Shown here: positions 9,416-19,574 of the stretch, in pieces | Position numbering within the stretch: position 1 is the first letter of the stretch | How the letters are laid out: each line of letters opens with the position of its first letter | Assembly (NCBI GenBank): GCA_034670305.1 | Contig: JAXMNT010000001.1 | Coordinates: 32,001-96,000 of the forward strand | Reading direction: 5' to 3' | Origin: Deltaproteobacteria bacterium | Lineage (GTDB): Bacteria > Myxococcota_A > Polyangia > Polyangiales > Houyiibacteriaceae | DNA: 64,000 nt | Made by a program: the position numbers and the translations under genes | The notes under the pieces: generated by a model | Told to the model about the DNA's origin: nothing | Databases searched by the model: none | Seen by the model: only the letters and a program-made list of their open reading frames with translations

Positions 9416-10585
9416 ATGGGAGAAGGTATAGTCCGCGCCGTGTGGTTTCGAGCAGTCGCGGCATGCGTGTTCGCCTTCGCCTCCGTGTCGGCCCGCGCCC
9501 AACCCACCGAACGGGCAGCGGTCTACCGACTGAACGGAAGTGCAGAATGGGCGGGCCGCATCGAGTCCGCTGGTGGCCGGCCGCTCTCCGCGCTGCGGTA
9601 CTCCAGCGGCGTGCATCGGGACCGCCTTTTGGCCCTTCACCGTGCCGAAGATCTGGTTCGGGATGCGCGGCGCGCGGCCGGTCGCTTCGACGAAGCCGGT
9701 GCGCTCCGGCGGTTGGTCGAAGCACGCGGGCTGGTGGAGACCCACGCGGACGTCCCTGGGAGCTCTCAGTGGCTGGCGGAAGTCGAACTCACCCTGGGTC
9801 TCGTGGCGGCGCAAGCGGGGCTCGACGCCATCGCCGACGAGTCGTTCCGCCGAGCCGCTGCACTCGATCCCGAACGGGTGATCGCTGCGGCGGAAGCGGC
9901 CCCGACCGTGGTCGCCCGGGCCACCGCCGCCGCCGCGGTTCAAGGACTGCGCGCGCTCGGTACGTTGCCCATCGCGTCCCCGGTCGGTGCCCGCGTCTTC
10001 TTGGACGACCGGGAGATCGGGCGTGTGCCCCTCGAGGTTCGCGCGCGGGCTGGCCGCCACGTACTCCGGATCGAGTTCGAGGAGCACGTGCCGTGGGGGC
10101 AGGTGCTGGACGTACGCGAAGGCGTGGCCTCCTCGATCCGGGTGCGGCTCGCGTCGCGTCCGGAGGCCAGAGCCCGAGATCGGCTCGCGGCGCTAGAAGC
10201 CCCTGATCCGCGGGTGCTCTCAACCATTGCAAGCGAACTCGGGCACCTCGTGTGGTGGGTGGATGCCACCGAGGAGCGGGCGTTGCTCCTCGAATGCGGG
10301 CCGGTCGGATGCGCGGCCCCCGTGCGGCTCGGAGCGTTTCGAGACCCGGGTCCACCGATCCCGGAAGCCCGTGTCCGCGCCCAACTCCGCCATGGCCGAG
10401 CCTGGATGCATTGGCGACCGGGCGTCGTCGACCCCCCGCCCGGCGTCGTCTGGTGGAAGCGGTGGCCCCTCTGGGTGGGCGTCGGCGCGGCGGTCGCGGC
10501 GGGTGCCGTGGGGGTGGGTGTGGCGCTGCGCCCAGAGCCCGATCGCCAGCGCGTACTGATCGTCGATACAGCGGATCTCTTGTAG
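9416..10585 (+). CDS. PEGA-domain protein with helical N-terminus and C-terminal hydrophobic segment
   Basis: PEGA motif SPVGARVFLDDREIGRVPLEVRARAGRHVLRIE; C-terminal WWKRWPLWVGVGAAVAAG. Start uncertain (9284-9440). Confidence 0.72.
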   Translation: MGEGIVRAVWFRAVAACVFAFASVSARAQPTERAAVYRLNGSAEWAGRIESAGGRPLSALRYSSGVHRDRLLALHRAEDLVRDARRAAGRFDEAGALRRLVEARGLVETHADVPGSSQWLAEVELTLGLVAAQAGLDAIADESFRRAAALDPERVIAAAEAAPTVVARATAAAAVQGLRALGTLPIASPVGARVFLDDREIGRVPLEVRARAGRHVLRIEFEEHVPWGQVLDVREGVASSIRVRLASRPEARARDRLAALEAPDPRVLSTIASELGHLVWWVDATEERALLLECGPVGCAAPVRLGAFRDPGPPIPEARVRAQLRHGRAWMHWRPGVVDPPPGVVWWKRWPLWVGVGAAVAAGAVGVGVALRPEPDRQRVLIVDTADLL

Positions 10586-10669
10586 GCCGCCAACGCATTG
10601 CAGCCGCGCGGGGGCTCGCCTATGGTGCGCGACCCTTGACCTGGCCGCCTTGGCCACTTGGATCACGAG

Positions 10670-12688
10670 ATGTTCGAGAAGTTCGCCGCACGATTCCAGA
10701 CCTACGTCCTGATTGCGCTCGTCACCTTGCTGAGCGCGGTCTTCATTCTTCAGTTCGGCGGCCCGCAGGCCGAAGGCTGCACCACGGGAGGCTCGTCGTA
10801 CGCGGCCCAGGTGGACGGCGAGGTCGTGAGCGCCGGTGAGTACCGGTCGGTCTACTACCTCCTCGGGTTCAACCGCGCGCCGGCCGAACAGCAGCGCAGC
10901 GAGAAGCTGTGGTCGGTGGTCCTCGACGGGCTGATCGAACGCAGCTTGCTCGCGAACGCCGCGCGCGAGATCGGCTACCACGTCACCGAAGACGAAGTGA
11001 TGCAGCGCCTCGCGACCGAGGGCACCATCCGTGTCTCGCTCGGCGCCTCGAGCACCTACGGCGGCGCCCGCGAAATCCAGGTCGACGGAGCGATTCAGAA
11101 CCGCGACGGCGTCTTCGATGTCGAGCGCGCGAAGTCGTTCATCCAGAACACGCTCCGCCGCAGCGTGGGCGAGTTCACCGTGGCGCAGATCGAAGAAGAG
11201 CTCGCCGAGCGCATGCGCCAGACGGTGCTCGCCACGGTCGAGGTCAGCGAACGCGAAGTCTGGGACGCGTACATCCGCGAGGCCGACCGCGCCCGCATCG
11301 AGTACGTGCGTTTCGCGCCCGCCTACTACCGCGAGACCATCGAACCGACGGATGCCGAACTCGACGCCTGGATCGAAGCCCACCCGGAAGAGGTCAACCA
11401 GGAGTACGAGCAGAACCGCCACCGGTACACCGACCTCGACGAGCAGGTCCGCGCACGGCACATCCTCATCAAGGCCGGTTCGGACGCGAGCGAAGACGAG
11501 AAGGCGGAAGCCCGTGGTCGCGCCGAGTCGCTCCTGCGTCAGGTCCGCGCCGGCGCCGACTTCGCCGCGCTCGCGACCGCCAACAGCGAAGACACCGGCA
11601 GCGCCCGCCGCGGCGGCGACCTCGGGTTCAACCCGCGCGGCCGGATGGTCGGCGCGTTCGACGAAGCGCAGTTCGGCCTCGAGGTCGGCGGCGTCTCGGA
11701 CCTGGTGGAGACCCAGTTCGGTTTCCACATCATCCGCGTCGAAGCCAAACGCGAAGGCGATGTGCCCGAAGCGGAAGCGAAGCGCGAGCTGGCCGACCGC
11801 CTCTACCGAGACGACCGCGCGGAGACCTTGGCGCGCGACGCGGCGACGGCTGCGCTCGCGGCCTGGAAGGGCGGCCTGAGCCGGGACGACCTCGATGCGT
11901 GGCTGCTGCGCCGCGAGCGCGGCGAACCCGAACCCGAGCCGGTGGATCCCGACGCGGAAGTGGCCGCGGACGCGGACCCCGATGCGGAGGTCGAAGAAGA
12001 GGAAGTCGAAGAGCGCAACCCGCTGGCGCCACGCGTCGCGGAGTCGAGCAGTTTCGGCCAGACGGACAACCCCATTCGCGGACCGTTCGACTCGGGTCCC
12101 CTCGTGCGCGACGTGTTCTCACGCAACCTCGAGGACCCCACGCCCGAAGAGCCGATCCAGCTCGGCAACGACTTCGTGATCTACACGCTCACCGAGCGCA
12201 CCGAGGCGAACCAAGAAGGCTTCACCGACGAGGTGCGTCAGCGTCTACGGATGGGCCTGTTGCGGTCGAAGCGCGCCGACGCGCTCACGAGCTACGTGCG
12301 CGACCTTCGAACCGAAGCCGAGCGCGCCGGCAAGATCCGCATCCAGACCTTTGAGCTCGAAGCCCACACAGAAGGCAACGGCGAAGTCCGCTCCATCCCC
12401 GAAGGCATCAGCTGCGGTCGGGACTGCACCGCGGCCTACGACTTCGGCACCATGGTTCAGCTGACCGCGCGCGTCGGCGACGGCGCCCGCTTCCTCGGCT
12501 GGGTCGGCGCCTGTTCCGGCTCCGACGAGACCTGCGTCGTCACCCTCGACGAAGCCCGCGAAGTCACCGCCCGTTTCCGAGGCGGCTCCGCGGCACCCGA
12601 GTCCGAGAGCGACGAAGGCGGCGACTCGAACGAAGACTCTACGGACGACGAAGAGCCCGAGCCGGAACCCGAAGAAGCCGAAGGCTGA
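10670..12688 (+). CDS. ppiD: PpiD-like SurA_N + parvulin peptidyl-prolyl isomerase with C-terminal InlB B-repeat-like domain
   Basis: N-terminal [11 protein letters not shown] SurA_N region, rotamase motifs [48 protein letters not shown]; extra tail [33 protein letters not shown]...FLGWVGAC...[15 protein letters not shown]. Confidence 0.82.
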   Translation: MFEKFAARFQTYVLIALVTLLSAVFILQFGGPQAEGCTTGGSSYAAQVDGEVVSAGEYRSVYYLLGFNRAPAEQQRSEKLWSVVLDGLIERSLLANAAREIGYHVTEDEVMQRLATEGTIRVSLGASSTYGGAREIQVDGAIQNRDGVFDVERAKSFIQNTLRRSVGEFTVAQIEEELAERMRQTVLATVEVSEREVWDAYIREADRARIEYVRFAPAYYRETIEPTDAELDAWIEAHPEEVNQEYEQNRHRYTDLDEQVRARHILIKAGSDASEDEKAEARGRAESLLRQVRAGADFAALATANSEDTGSARRGGDLGFNPRGRMVGAFDEAQFGLEVGGVSDLVETQFGFHIIRVEAKREGDVPEAEAKRELADRLYRDDRAETLARDAATAALAAWKGGLSRDDLDAWLLRRERGEPEPEPVDPDAEVAADADPDAEVEEEEVEERNPLAPRVAESSSFGQTDNPIRGPFDSGPLVRDVFSRNLEDPTPEEPIQLGNDFVIYTLTERTEANQEGFTDEVRQRLRMGLLRSKRADALTSYVRDLRTEAERAGKIRIQTFELEAHTEGNGEVRSIPEGISCGRDCTAAYDFGTMVQLTARVGDGARFLGWVGACSGSDETCVVTLDEAREVTARFRGGSAAPESESDEGGDSNEDSTDDEEPEPEPEEAEG

Positions 12689-12711
12689 ACCCGCGCGACT
12701 GAACGAAGACG

Positions 12712-12743
12712 AACGCCGCGCCCCAACGGGTGCGGCGTTTCTC
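12712..12743 (+). terminator. Intrinsic terminator
   Basis: AACGCCGCGCCC-CAAC-GGGTGCGGCGTT followed by TCTC. Confidence 0.6.
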
Positions 12744-12769
12744 GTTGGGATGGCGCCGGGCTGGTTGGC

Positions 12770-12889
12770 GTCGGGGTCGGCTTCGGCTTCGGCTTCGGGG
12801 TCGGCTTCGGCTTCGGCTTCAGGGTCGGTTTCGGGGTCGGCTGCGGCTTCGGGGTCGGCGTCGGCATCGGCGTCGGCTTCGCCTTCGGC
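12770..12889 (-). repeat. Hexamer tract (GCCGAA/GCCGAC/CCCGAA)n on the minus strand, intergenic
   Basis: TTCGGC/GTCGGC units on the plus strand, between convergent genes. Confidence 0.85.
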
Positions 12890-12901
12890 CCTCATCGTCG
12901 C

Positions 12902-13516
12902 TCAGGGCAGCACCGCGACGCCTTGGAACCAGTGGGACGTGATCGTCGGGCGCCCGAGATCGAACGCGTCGAGCGTGACCAACTCGAAGCCGGCGCGCTC
13001 CAGCAGCGCGGGAATGTCGCGGTCGAGTCGGCAGCCGCCTGCGATGGGGGCGTAGACGGGGTTGATGCGGCGCTGCCACTTCCGGAGGCGTGGCAGGTGC
13101 GATGCGCCGTGTTCGAGAAAACAGAACGGTGCGCCGGGACGGAGCACGCGCCGAACTTCAGAGAGTGCCTGCCCGATGTGTTCGATGGAGCAGAGCGTGA
13201 ACGTACTCAGCACGCCATCGACCGACGCGTCGTCGAACGGAAGTCGCGCCGCATCGAGCCCCACAAATTCCACCGGAACCGAAGTGTCCCGCAGGCGCTC
13301 CTTCGCCATCTTCCGCCCGACCTGGTCCGGATCCACCGCGCGCAGCGAAGTGACCGCGGCAGGCAACGCGGGCAGGTTCAACCCCGCGCCAAACCCAAGC
13401 TCGACGATGTCCCCCGAGAGCGGTCGTGCGGTCTGCATCCGCAGCTCGTGAATGCGCGGATGGTCGAGCAACCACCGCGTGACGCGGGGCAGAACCTGTC
13501 GGGTGTAGAAGCCCAT
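12902..13516 (-). CDS. Class I SAM-dependent methyltransferase
   Basis: VELGFGAGLN, LPFDDASVDGVLSTFTLCSI, EVRRVLRPG, FLEHG, GGCRLDRDI. Confidence 0.88.
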   Translation of the reverse strand: MGFYTRQVLPRVTRWLLDHPRIHELRMQTARPLSGDIVELGFGAGLNLPALPAAVTSLRAVDPDQVGRKMAKERLRDTSVPVEFVGLDAARLPFDDASVDGVLSTFTLCSIEHIGQALSEVRRVLRPGAPFCFLEHGASHLPRLRKWQRRINPVYAPIAGGCRLDRDIPALLERAGFELVTLDAFDLGRPTITSHWFQGVAVLP

Positions 13517-13579
13517 GCAGCAGACGATACGCGCTTCGCAAGGCGTGGGCCCATCCTTGAACCGGGTCTGCCGGTCTGG

Positions 13580-14620
13580 TCACTCCAGCGTTAGGAACAG
13601 GTCGAAACGCGGCACGCTGCTGGGCATGCCGAAGAGCAGGACCGTTTCGGTCGAGTCGGATGTGTTTGCGTAGCGGGCCACACCGAAACTGGGTGGCTCA
13701 CCGATGCAGGTGAGCACCCCGTCCAGATCGGGGCAGCTCCGCGCGATGACCACGGTCGGAGGTGTGAAGGAGCCTCCCCCAAACTCGCCCGAGCGCGACT
13801 CGGCTTCGGCGCGCAGCGTCGCGCCGGCGGGTACGTCCACTTCGACGAACATGCCCTCTGTGGAGAGGCCATCGAGCGCGAACGCACGGGGGCAGTCGAT
13901 CTCCGTCGCGGACTCGACGCCCATGGAGCTGAGCGCGGTCAGGGTCGATGGAGCAGACGCGACGCGGGGGGTCGCGCAGTCCACGTACGGCTCGATCGGG
14001 TTGAACCGTACCCGTGCTTCCCGCGTGAAGGAGTCGCTGTCGCCCGCGAACACGGCGGTCACGTGGACCACGTCGTCGCCGCGGTTGAGGTGGCGTTGCC
14101 CACGCACGCCTTCTTCGAATGCGTCGCCGCAACCGCTGTCGCAGTCCGTGCGCTCACCGACGAACACACCTCGGCTCACGATGTCGACGCCTTCGCCCGG
14201 GCCCACCTCGATGTCGTAGTAGAGGACTCCGTCGATCGTTCTTGGCGAACCTGCTTCCGCGCACACGTCGGTGGCTCCATCGCGTGGGATGGTGATGACC
14301 CGGTCGACGCCGCCCAGCGAAGCGCTTGAGAGCGGCTCTGCCGCCCCGCAGGTCAGTGGTGGCCCAGCGTCCGACATTCCGGCGTCCGGTTGGCCGACGT
14401 CCGCTGCGCCAACGTCCAGCATGCCCGCGTCCAGTGATCCCCCATCGGTTGCCGCGTCGAGCCCTGCATCCTCGAGACCACTGTCGCGCGGTGTGAATCC
14501 GTCCCCACGGTGTGCATCGGCCAACGCGGCGTCGGCGGGGCCGGGCGAATCGCCGCAACCAATGAGGTTGGGCGTGGCACCCAAGGCGAGAAGAACCAGA
14601 ACCAGTCGTCGTGATTTCAT
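13580..14620 (-). CDS. Hypothetical lipoprotein
   Basis: Lipobox LIGC, DAG-rich linker, Cys-containing beta domains. Confidence 0.7.
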   Translation of the reverse strand: MKSRRLVLVLLALGATPNLIGCGDSPGPADAALADAHRGDGFTPRDSGLEDAGLDAATDGGSLDAGMLDVGAADVGQPDAGMSDAGPPLTCGAAEPLSSASLGGVDRVITIPRDGATDVCAEAGSPRTIDGVLYYDIEVGPGEGVDIVSRGVFVGERTDCDSGCGDAFEEGVRGQRHLNRGDDVVHVTAVFAGDSDSFTREARVRFNPIEPYVDCATPRVASAPSTLTALSSMGVESATEIDCPRAFALDGLSTEGMFVEVDVPAGATLRAEAESRSGEFGGGSFTPPTVVIARSCPDLDGVLTCIGEPPSFGVARYANTSDSTETVLLFGMPSSVPRFDLFLTLE

Positions 14621-14869
14621 GGTCCACGACAGAGCAAGCGGTGTGCCGCTGCAGACCCGTGGGTCGAGGCGCCGAACTGTCGCTCAACAAGAAACAGTTC
14701 GCGCCCAAACGTGAACCTCGGTTCACACGCCAAACGAACCGCGAAACCAGGATCACGCCGCCGGTCAGAGGCCGGTGCAGCCCCAGGTCGCGGCGTGGAG
14801 TTGTGTCTCGGGGCCCTCGGCTGGTCACTTGGACACCGAGTGGTTCGGGAAGGTCCCGTTCGTCTAGGC

Positions 14870-15067
14870 GCCGACGCCGAAGCCGAAGCCGACGCCGACG
14901 CCGAAGCCGAAGCCGAAGCCGACGCCGAAGCCGAAGCCGACGCCGACACGGAAGCCGACGCCGATGCCGAAGCCGAAGCCGACGCCGAAGCCGATCCCGA
15001 AGCCGAAGCCGAAGCCGAAGCCGAAGCCGATGCCGATGCCGACGCCGACGGCGATGCGGATGCCGAG
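14870..15067 (+). repeat. Hexamer tract (GCCGAA/GCCGAC/GCCGAT)n, intergenic
   Basis: Directly visible, immediately past the stop of the 15072 gene. Confidence 0.9.
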
Positions 15068-15071
15068 CTTC

Positions 15072-16466
15072 TCAGTGGATGCAGCGTTCTTCGCAGCCGC
15101 GTAGGAGGTTGGTTTGGTAGCGGCCGGGAGATTGGGGGGGGAGGTCGAGGGGCTGTTCGCACACGTCTTCGTACGTCGAGGTGATGCCTCGGTAGCGGAT
15201 TGTGAGCGCGGTCGGCGCGGCGCCGTGGGCGCACCATTCGGTGACCGCGGTCCGAAGGCTGGCTGGGTGCCAGAGCCGCTCGCGCGCGATCGCACTCAGG
15301 GCCGCGCGTCCCCGCACTGGGCCGCCGACCTCGATGTCCTCCACGCGGACGTAGGGATCGTAGAGGCGCACGCGCTCGGGGACGAAGAGGTGGTTCCAGC
15401 ATTCGTCGTCGATGCGCAGGTTGCTGAGCATCGCGCTCGTGTGGTGGAACTGCACTCCGAGGTAGGGCGTCATGCCGTTGCCGACGAGGGTCACAACGAA
15501 CAGGACTGGAAGCAGCCGGCGCACGCCCGGCGCGACCGGTGCGCGCCACACGCTCCGGTGAAAGAGCGTCCGCGGTGCACGCAGCATGGCGGCGAGGATC
15601 CAGACGGCGAGTGGCCAGAGAAGGAACTCTTTGATCTGCCAGGCGGGGTAGGAGACCCAGTGGTCGATGAAGTAGAGCCCTTGGCTGAGCAGGCCGAGCA
15701 CGAGGCCGACCGCGAGGATGCGGGTTCGGTGGCGGCGACCGAACGCGCAGAAGTACCGGACGTCGCGGGGCGAAGCGAACGCCACCCAGCCTGGGATCAT
15801 CACCCAGGCGAACGATGGCGCGAACACGATCGTGAGCGGCAGATGCATCGCGATGGCGAGGGCGAAGGCCAAACGCGGCCAGAATCGAAACGAGAGGGCG
15901 AGGCCCACCTCCACCGTGAGGAAGAGCGGAGGCCAGAGGGGACCGAGTCCGTCCGGCGGCGCGCGCAGACTCCAGTTCTCCGCCAGCAGCCGCATGCCGC
16001 CGGTGGCGCAGCTCAACGCCGGGTCGAGGAAGTCGTGGTTCATCTTGTGGAACGCCGCGAGCGCGTACGCGGTGACGAAGATCCAGCGCACCGTGCGCAT
16101 CAGCGTGCGGTCGTCGGGGGCGCGCCAGGGCATCGACGCCAGGGTCGCGAGCGCGCCCGCCAGCATCGTCACCGACTGGGTGAGCTGGTCGCCAAGCCAG
16201 AGCAGGGGCCAAAGAACGCCGATCGCGCACAGCGCCCACGGCACGACGGCGCGGTGATTGGTCGGCGCCCGCCAGAGCAGCCAGACGGCGCCGATCGCGA
16301 GCGCGAGGTTCGGCGCGAACCAGCTCCATTGGAGCGCATCGGGAAGGGTGAGGTGCGCGAACGCGCCGAGCCCATAGAGCCGCGCCCACAGCCGGTACCG
16401 AACGAACGCGCTCGAGGGATTGGTGCCAAGTGGCGGGGAGGCGGGCGATGGAGGGGCCGACACCAT
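15072..16466 (-). CDS. HTTM-like polytopic membrane protein
   Basis: Many TM helices; [33 protein letters not shown] and MLSNLR motifs reminiscent of HTTM/vitamin-K carboxylase-like families. Confidence 0.6.
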   Translation of the reverse strand: MVSAPPSPASPPLGTNPSSAFVRYRLWARLYGLGAFAHLTLPDALQWSWFAPNLALAIGAVWLLWRAPTNHRAVVPWALCAIGVLWPLLWLGDQLTQSVTMLAGALATLASMPWRAPDDRTLMRTVRWIFVTAYALAAFHKMNHDFLDPALSCATGGMRLLAENWSLRAPPDGLGPLWPPLFLTVEVGLALSFRFWPRLAFALAIAMHLPLTIVFAPSFAWVMIPGWVAFASPRDVRYFCAFGRRHRTRILAVGLVLGLLSQGLYFIDHWVSYPAWQIKEFLLWPLAVWILAAMLRAPRTLFHRSVWRAPVAPGVRRLLPVLFVVTLVGNGMTPYLGVQFHHTSAMLSNLRIDDECWNHLFVPERVRLYDPYVRVEDIEVGGPVRGRAALSAIARERLWHPASLRTAVTEWCAHGAAPTALTIRYRGITSTYEDVCEQPLDLPPQSPGRYQTNLLRGCEERCIH

Positions 16467-16470
16467 GCGC

Positions 16471-18063
16471 TCAAAGGGCGAGCAACGTGATGAACCCGTT
16501 GTGGGTCAGGTGGGCCAGCGCGGGCACCAGGGTGGACCGCGTCAGTGCCCGGAGCGCGGTGAGCGCCACACCGGTCATGGTCACCGACGCGAACGCGCCC
16601 CACGCGCCCCATTGTTGCGGCAGGTGGACCAGCGCGAAGAGCACGACGGTGACCACGCTTGCGACCCAGGGACCGCGCGCGCGCTCGAGCGTGCCGAACA
16701 GGAACCCGCGAAAGAAGAGCTCCTCCGCGACCGGCACACACACCGCCACGCACCCCACCGCGAGTCCGCCGCTCGGGTACGACACGAACGCCTCGATCGG
16801 CGCCTGCCCGGTCGAGGGCACCAACATCATCACCACCCGCCCCCCGATCCAAAGCACCACCCCCACCAACGGCGCCAGCCCCAGCACCCACGCCGCGTAC
16901 CGAGGCCGCACCAGCCCAAGCCCCGCCGATCGAGAAGGGGGATCGAGGACATGCGCAGGCGCGGCAGCCCCGGCTTCGGCTTCGGCTTCGGCTTCGGCTT
17001 CGGCGTCGGCATCGGCGTCGGATTCGGCTTCGGCGTCGGATTCGGCTTCGGCTTCGGATTCGGCATCGGCATCGGCATCGGCATCGGCGTCGGCTTCGGC
17101 GTCGGCATCGGCATCGGCGTCGGCATCGGCGTCGGCATCGGCATCGGCATCGGCGTCGGCTTCGGCTTCCGCTTCCGCTTCCACTTCCGCCTCCGCTGCC
17201 GCTTTCGCGCCCGCTCCCACTTCCGGCGCCCTCGCCGACGCCGGATCCGCGTCCGGCCGCACCTGCTGCACCAGCCACCACGCGACCGCGACCTCGACCC
17301 CCGCGATGACGACCCCGCGCGCGAGCCCCATCGCGGAGCCGAAGAGCGGCACCAGCGCCAGCGCGAACATGCCGCCGAGCAAGAGCAGGACGCCGATGCC
17401 CACCCGCAGCAACGGCCGGAAGCGTTGGCCGGATTCGGTCCGGCCGCTCGCGGCGGGTTCGGTCGCGTTCATCTCCCGCTGCATCTGCGCGTAGGGGTCG
17501 GGTTTGGGCCGCGCAGCCATGCCCGCGAGCAGCAAGAGCGCGCCGAGCAAGAGCATCCCGACAAGCGCGCGATCCACCCCGCCGAGCGGTCGCCACGCGA
17601 GCACCCGTCCACGCACGTTCGCATCCGCAGGTGGATCGCCGCCGAGCCCGACCGCGTAGTCTCCACCGATCGGCAGCGACTCCCCGTTCGCGAACACCAC
17701 ACAGGCCGCGCCGGACTCCGCCCGTTCGATCCGGTTCGCGAACCGCTCGTCGTACGCGACCTCCGACACCAGGTCGTGCGGGTCGGTCCCGGTGAACCAC
17801 ACCTGAAAGAGCGCCCCGCCCCAGCGGTCCTCGGTGAGCCCATCGTCGGTGCACAGCTCGAACATGGCCGCCTGCCCGGCGCGCACATCCGCCACCACCA
17901 TCTCCCGATGCACCACCGCACCAAGGTCCTCGACCGACTGCCACTCGCCCGCGTGGTCCCGCTCATCTGCCTCGAGCGAATGCGTCCGAAACACCGCCGC
18001 CCCGAGAGCAACGACGAGCAGCACCCAAGCGGTCCCCAGAAGCGCACGACGCATGCGTCGCAT
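16471..18063 (-). CDS. CPBP (CAAX/Abi) intramembrane glutamic endopeptidase with N-terminal extracytoplasmic domain and in-frame (AE/AD)n insert
   Basis: [15 protein letters not shown] and AHLTHN CPBP motifs. Confidence 0.85.
   Translation of the reverse strand: MRRMRRALLGTAWVLLVVALGAAVFRTHSLEADERDHAGEWQSVEDLGAVVHREMVVADVRAGQAAMFELCTDDGLTEDRWGGALFQVWFTGTDPHDLVSEVAYDERFANRIERAESGAACVVFANGESLPIGGDYAVGLGGDPPADANVRGRVLAWRPLGGVDRALVGMLLLGALLLLAGMAARPKPDPYAQMQREMNATEPAASGRTESGQRFRPLLRVGIGVLLLLGGMFALALVPLFGSAMGLARGVVIAGVEVAVAWWLVQQVRPDADPASARAPEVGAGAKAAAEAEVEAEAEAEADADADADADADADADADADAEADADADADADAESEAEAESDAEAESDADADAEAEAEAEAEAGAAAPAHVLDPPSRSAGLGLVRPRYAAWVLGLAPLVGVVLWIGGRVVMMLVPSTGQAPIEAFVSYPSGGLAVGCVAVCVPVAEELFFRGFLFGTLERARGPWVASVVTVVLFALVHLPQQWGAWGAFASVTMTGVALTALRALTRSTLVPALAHLTHNGFITLLAL
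16972..17195 (-). repeat. Hexamer tract inside the CPBP gene encoding (AE/AD)n
   Basis: GCGGAA then GCCGAC/GCCGAT/GCCGAA units on the coding strand. Confidence 0.9.
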
Positions 18064-18165
18064 GATGCACGATCAGCGCGGCCACGGGGCGTCTGGCATC
18101 GGGACGGCATCGCGCCGAACGCGGTCAGACTTGGGTTTCGCGCGGCGCGGCCGCATGCTTCGCGT

Positions 18166-18771
18166 ATGACGACCTGGGAAGAACACTGGAAGACCCTCGA
18201 GACGCCGTGGGACGCCGGCAAGGCGTGTCCCGCGCTCACCGACTTGCTCGAGGCGCAGTTCGCGCCGGGCACGGATCGCGTTGGACGGGCGCTCGTGCCC
18301 GGGTGCGGTCGGGGCTGGGACGTCTTTGAGATCGCGGCGCGCTCGCCGATGCATGCGTTCGGTCTCGATCTGGCGCCGAGCGCGCGCGGACCCTTCGAAG
18401 AGACCCGGCAGTCCCTCGGCGTCCCGGAGACCCACGCGGAGCTCTTGGTCGCCGACTTCTTCGAGTTCGAACCCGAGACCCGCTTCGACTTCGCCTGGGA
18501 CTACACCTTCCTGTGCGCGATCGATCCGGAGCTGCGCCCGGACTGGGGGGCGGCCTACGGGCGGCTTGTTCGGCCCGGCGGTCTGCTCGCCGTGCTCGCG
18601 TTCCCCATCCCGCTGCCCGACACCGACGACGGCGGTCCGCCCCATCCGGTGATCCCCGAGACGGTGCCCGCGCTGCTGCCCGCCTTCGAACTCGAGGACA
18701 CCCGTTTGAAGGTTCGGTCGCATCCCGCCCGGGAGGGGCGCGAGGTGCTCCAGCTCTACCGCGCCCGCTGA
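18166..18771 (+). CDS. TPMT/thiol-halide methyltransferase family protein
   Basis: ATG at 18166: WEEHW...TPWDAG, RALVPGCGRGWD, DFF, FDFAWDYTFLCAI, GPPHPV. Confidence 0.85.
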   Translation: MTTWEEHWKTLETPWDAGKACPALTDLLEAQFAPGTDRVGRALVPGCGRGWDVFEIAARSPMHAFGLDLAPSARGPFEETRQSLGVPETHAELLVADFFEFEPETRFDFAWDYTFLCAIDPELRPDWGAAYGRLVRPGGLLAVLAFPIPLPDTDDGGPPHPVIPETVPALLPAFELEDTRLKVRSHPAREGREVLQLYRAR

Positions 18772-18818
18772 CACAACGTCGGCTTGTTTCGCCGGTCGCG
18801 GGAGGCCAGGGTCCGCGG

Positions 18819-19319
18819 ATGGCGATGACGACGTACTTTCAGATGGTATCCAAGGCCGAGCTGGACGCCCTGCTCGCGGACCCCACCACCATCAACGAAC
18901 TCGACCAGCCGGAAGAGCAGTGCGCCATGACGCAGCTCCAGCAATCGCTGTGCTTCTTCTTGTGCGGCGACGCGTACCCGAACCCGACGGAACATGGCCC
19001 CCTCGCGGGCGGCCTCACCGGCTACCAGAACGTCGAGACCAACACCCTCGAGAACGGCTCGTTCGACGTGGTGCCGAAGAACAAGTGCGAAGAAGTCGCC
19101 GACGCGCTCCAAGCGGTCGATCTCGACAAGTTCAAGCGCCGGATCGCGAAGGCCGACGTCGAGGGCCTCGTCGAAGAAGAAGAACTCTACGACCTCGAAG
19201 CCTGCATCGCCGATGGCGACGATCTCGGCGAGCTCCTCAGCGACCAGATCTCGAACCTGCGCGCCTTCTACGCCGACGCCGCGGAACAGTCCCTCGCGGT
19301 CGTGCTCTACACGACGTAG
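18819..19319 (+). CDS. YfbM/DUF1877-like protein
   Basis: 166-aa acidic protein; MAMTTYFQMVSKAELDALLADP, LCFFLCG, EVADALQAVD, LRAFYADAAEQSLAVVLY fit the DUF1877 pattern. Confidence 0.65.
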   Translation: MAMTTYFQMVSKAELDALLADPTTINELDQPEEQCAMTQLQQSLCFFLCGDAYPNPTEHGPLAGGLTGYQNVETNTLENGSFDVVPKNKCEEVADALQAVDLDKFKRRIAKADVEGLVEEEELYDLEACIADGDDLGELLSDQISNLRAFYADAAEQSLAVVLYTT

Positions 19320-19353
19320 ACGACCCCGGCTGCCGTCGGAATCGGGGGTGGTT

Positions 19354-19539
19354 GCGGAAGCGGTAGCGGAAGCGGAAAACGGAAGCGGAAGCGGAAGCGG
19401 AAGCGGAAGCGGAAGCCGATTCCGAAGCCGATTCCGAAGCCGACCCCGAAGCCGATTCCGAAGCCGATCCCGATCCCGAAGCCGACGCCGAAGCCGAAGC
19501 CGACGCCGATCCGATCCCGAAGCCGACGCCGAAGCCGAC
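19354..19539 (+). repeat. Hexamer tract (GCGGAA)n then (GCCGAT/TCCGAA/GCCGAC)n, intergenic
   Basis: Directly visible; between convergent genes. Confidence 0.9.
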
Positions 19540-19574
19540 CAAGGCGGGCGCGCCATTCGCGCCCGCCGCTGCGT

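Noticed and set aside
16420-18165. N-terminal 582 aa of the 783-aa ORF
   Set aside because: Antisense to the CPBP gene; only 18166-18771 (methyltransferase) is credible.
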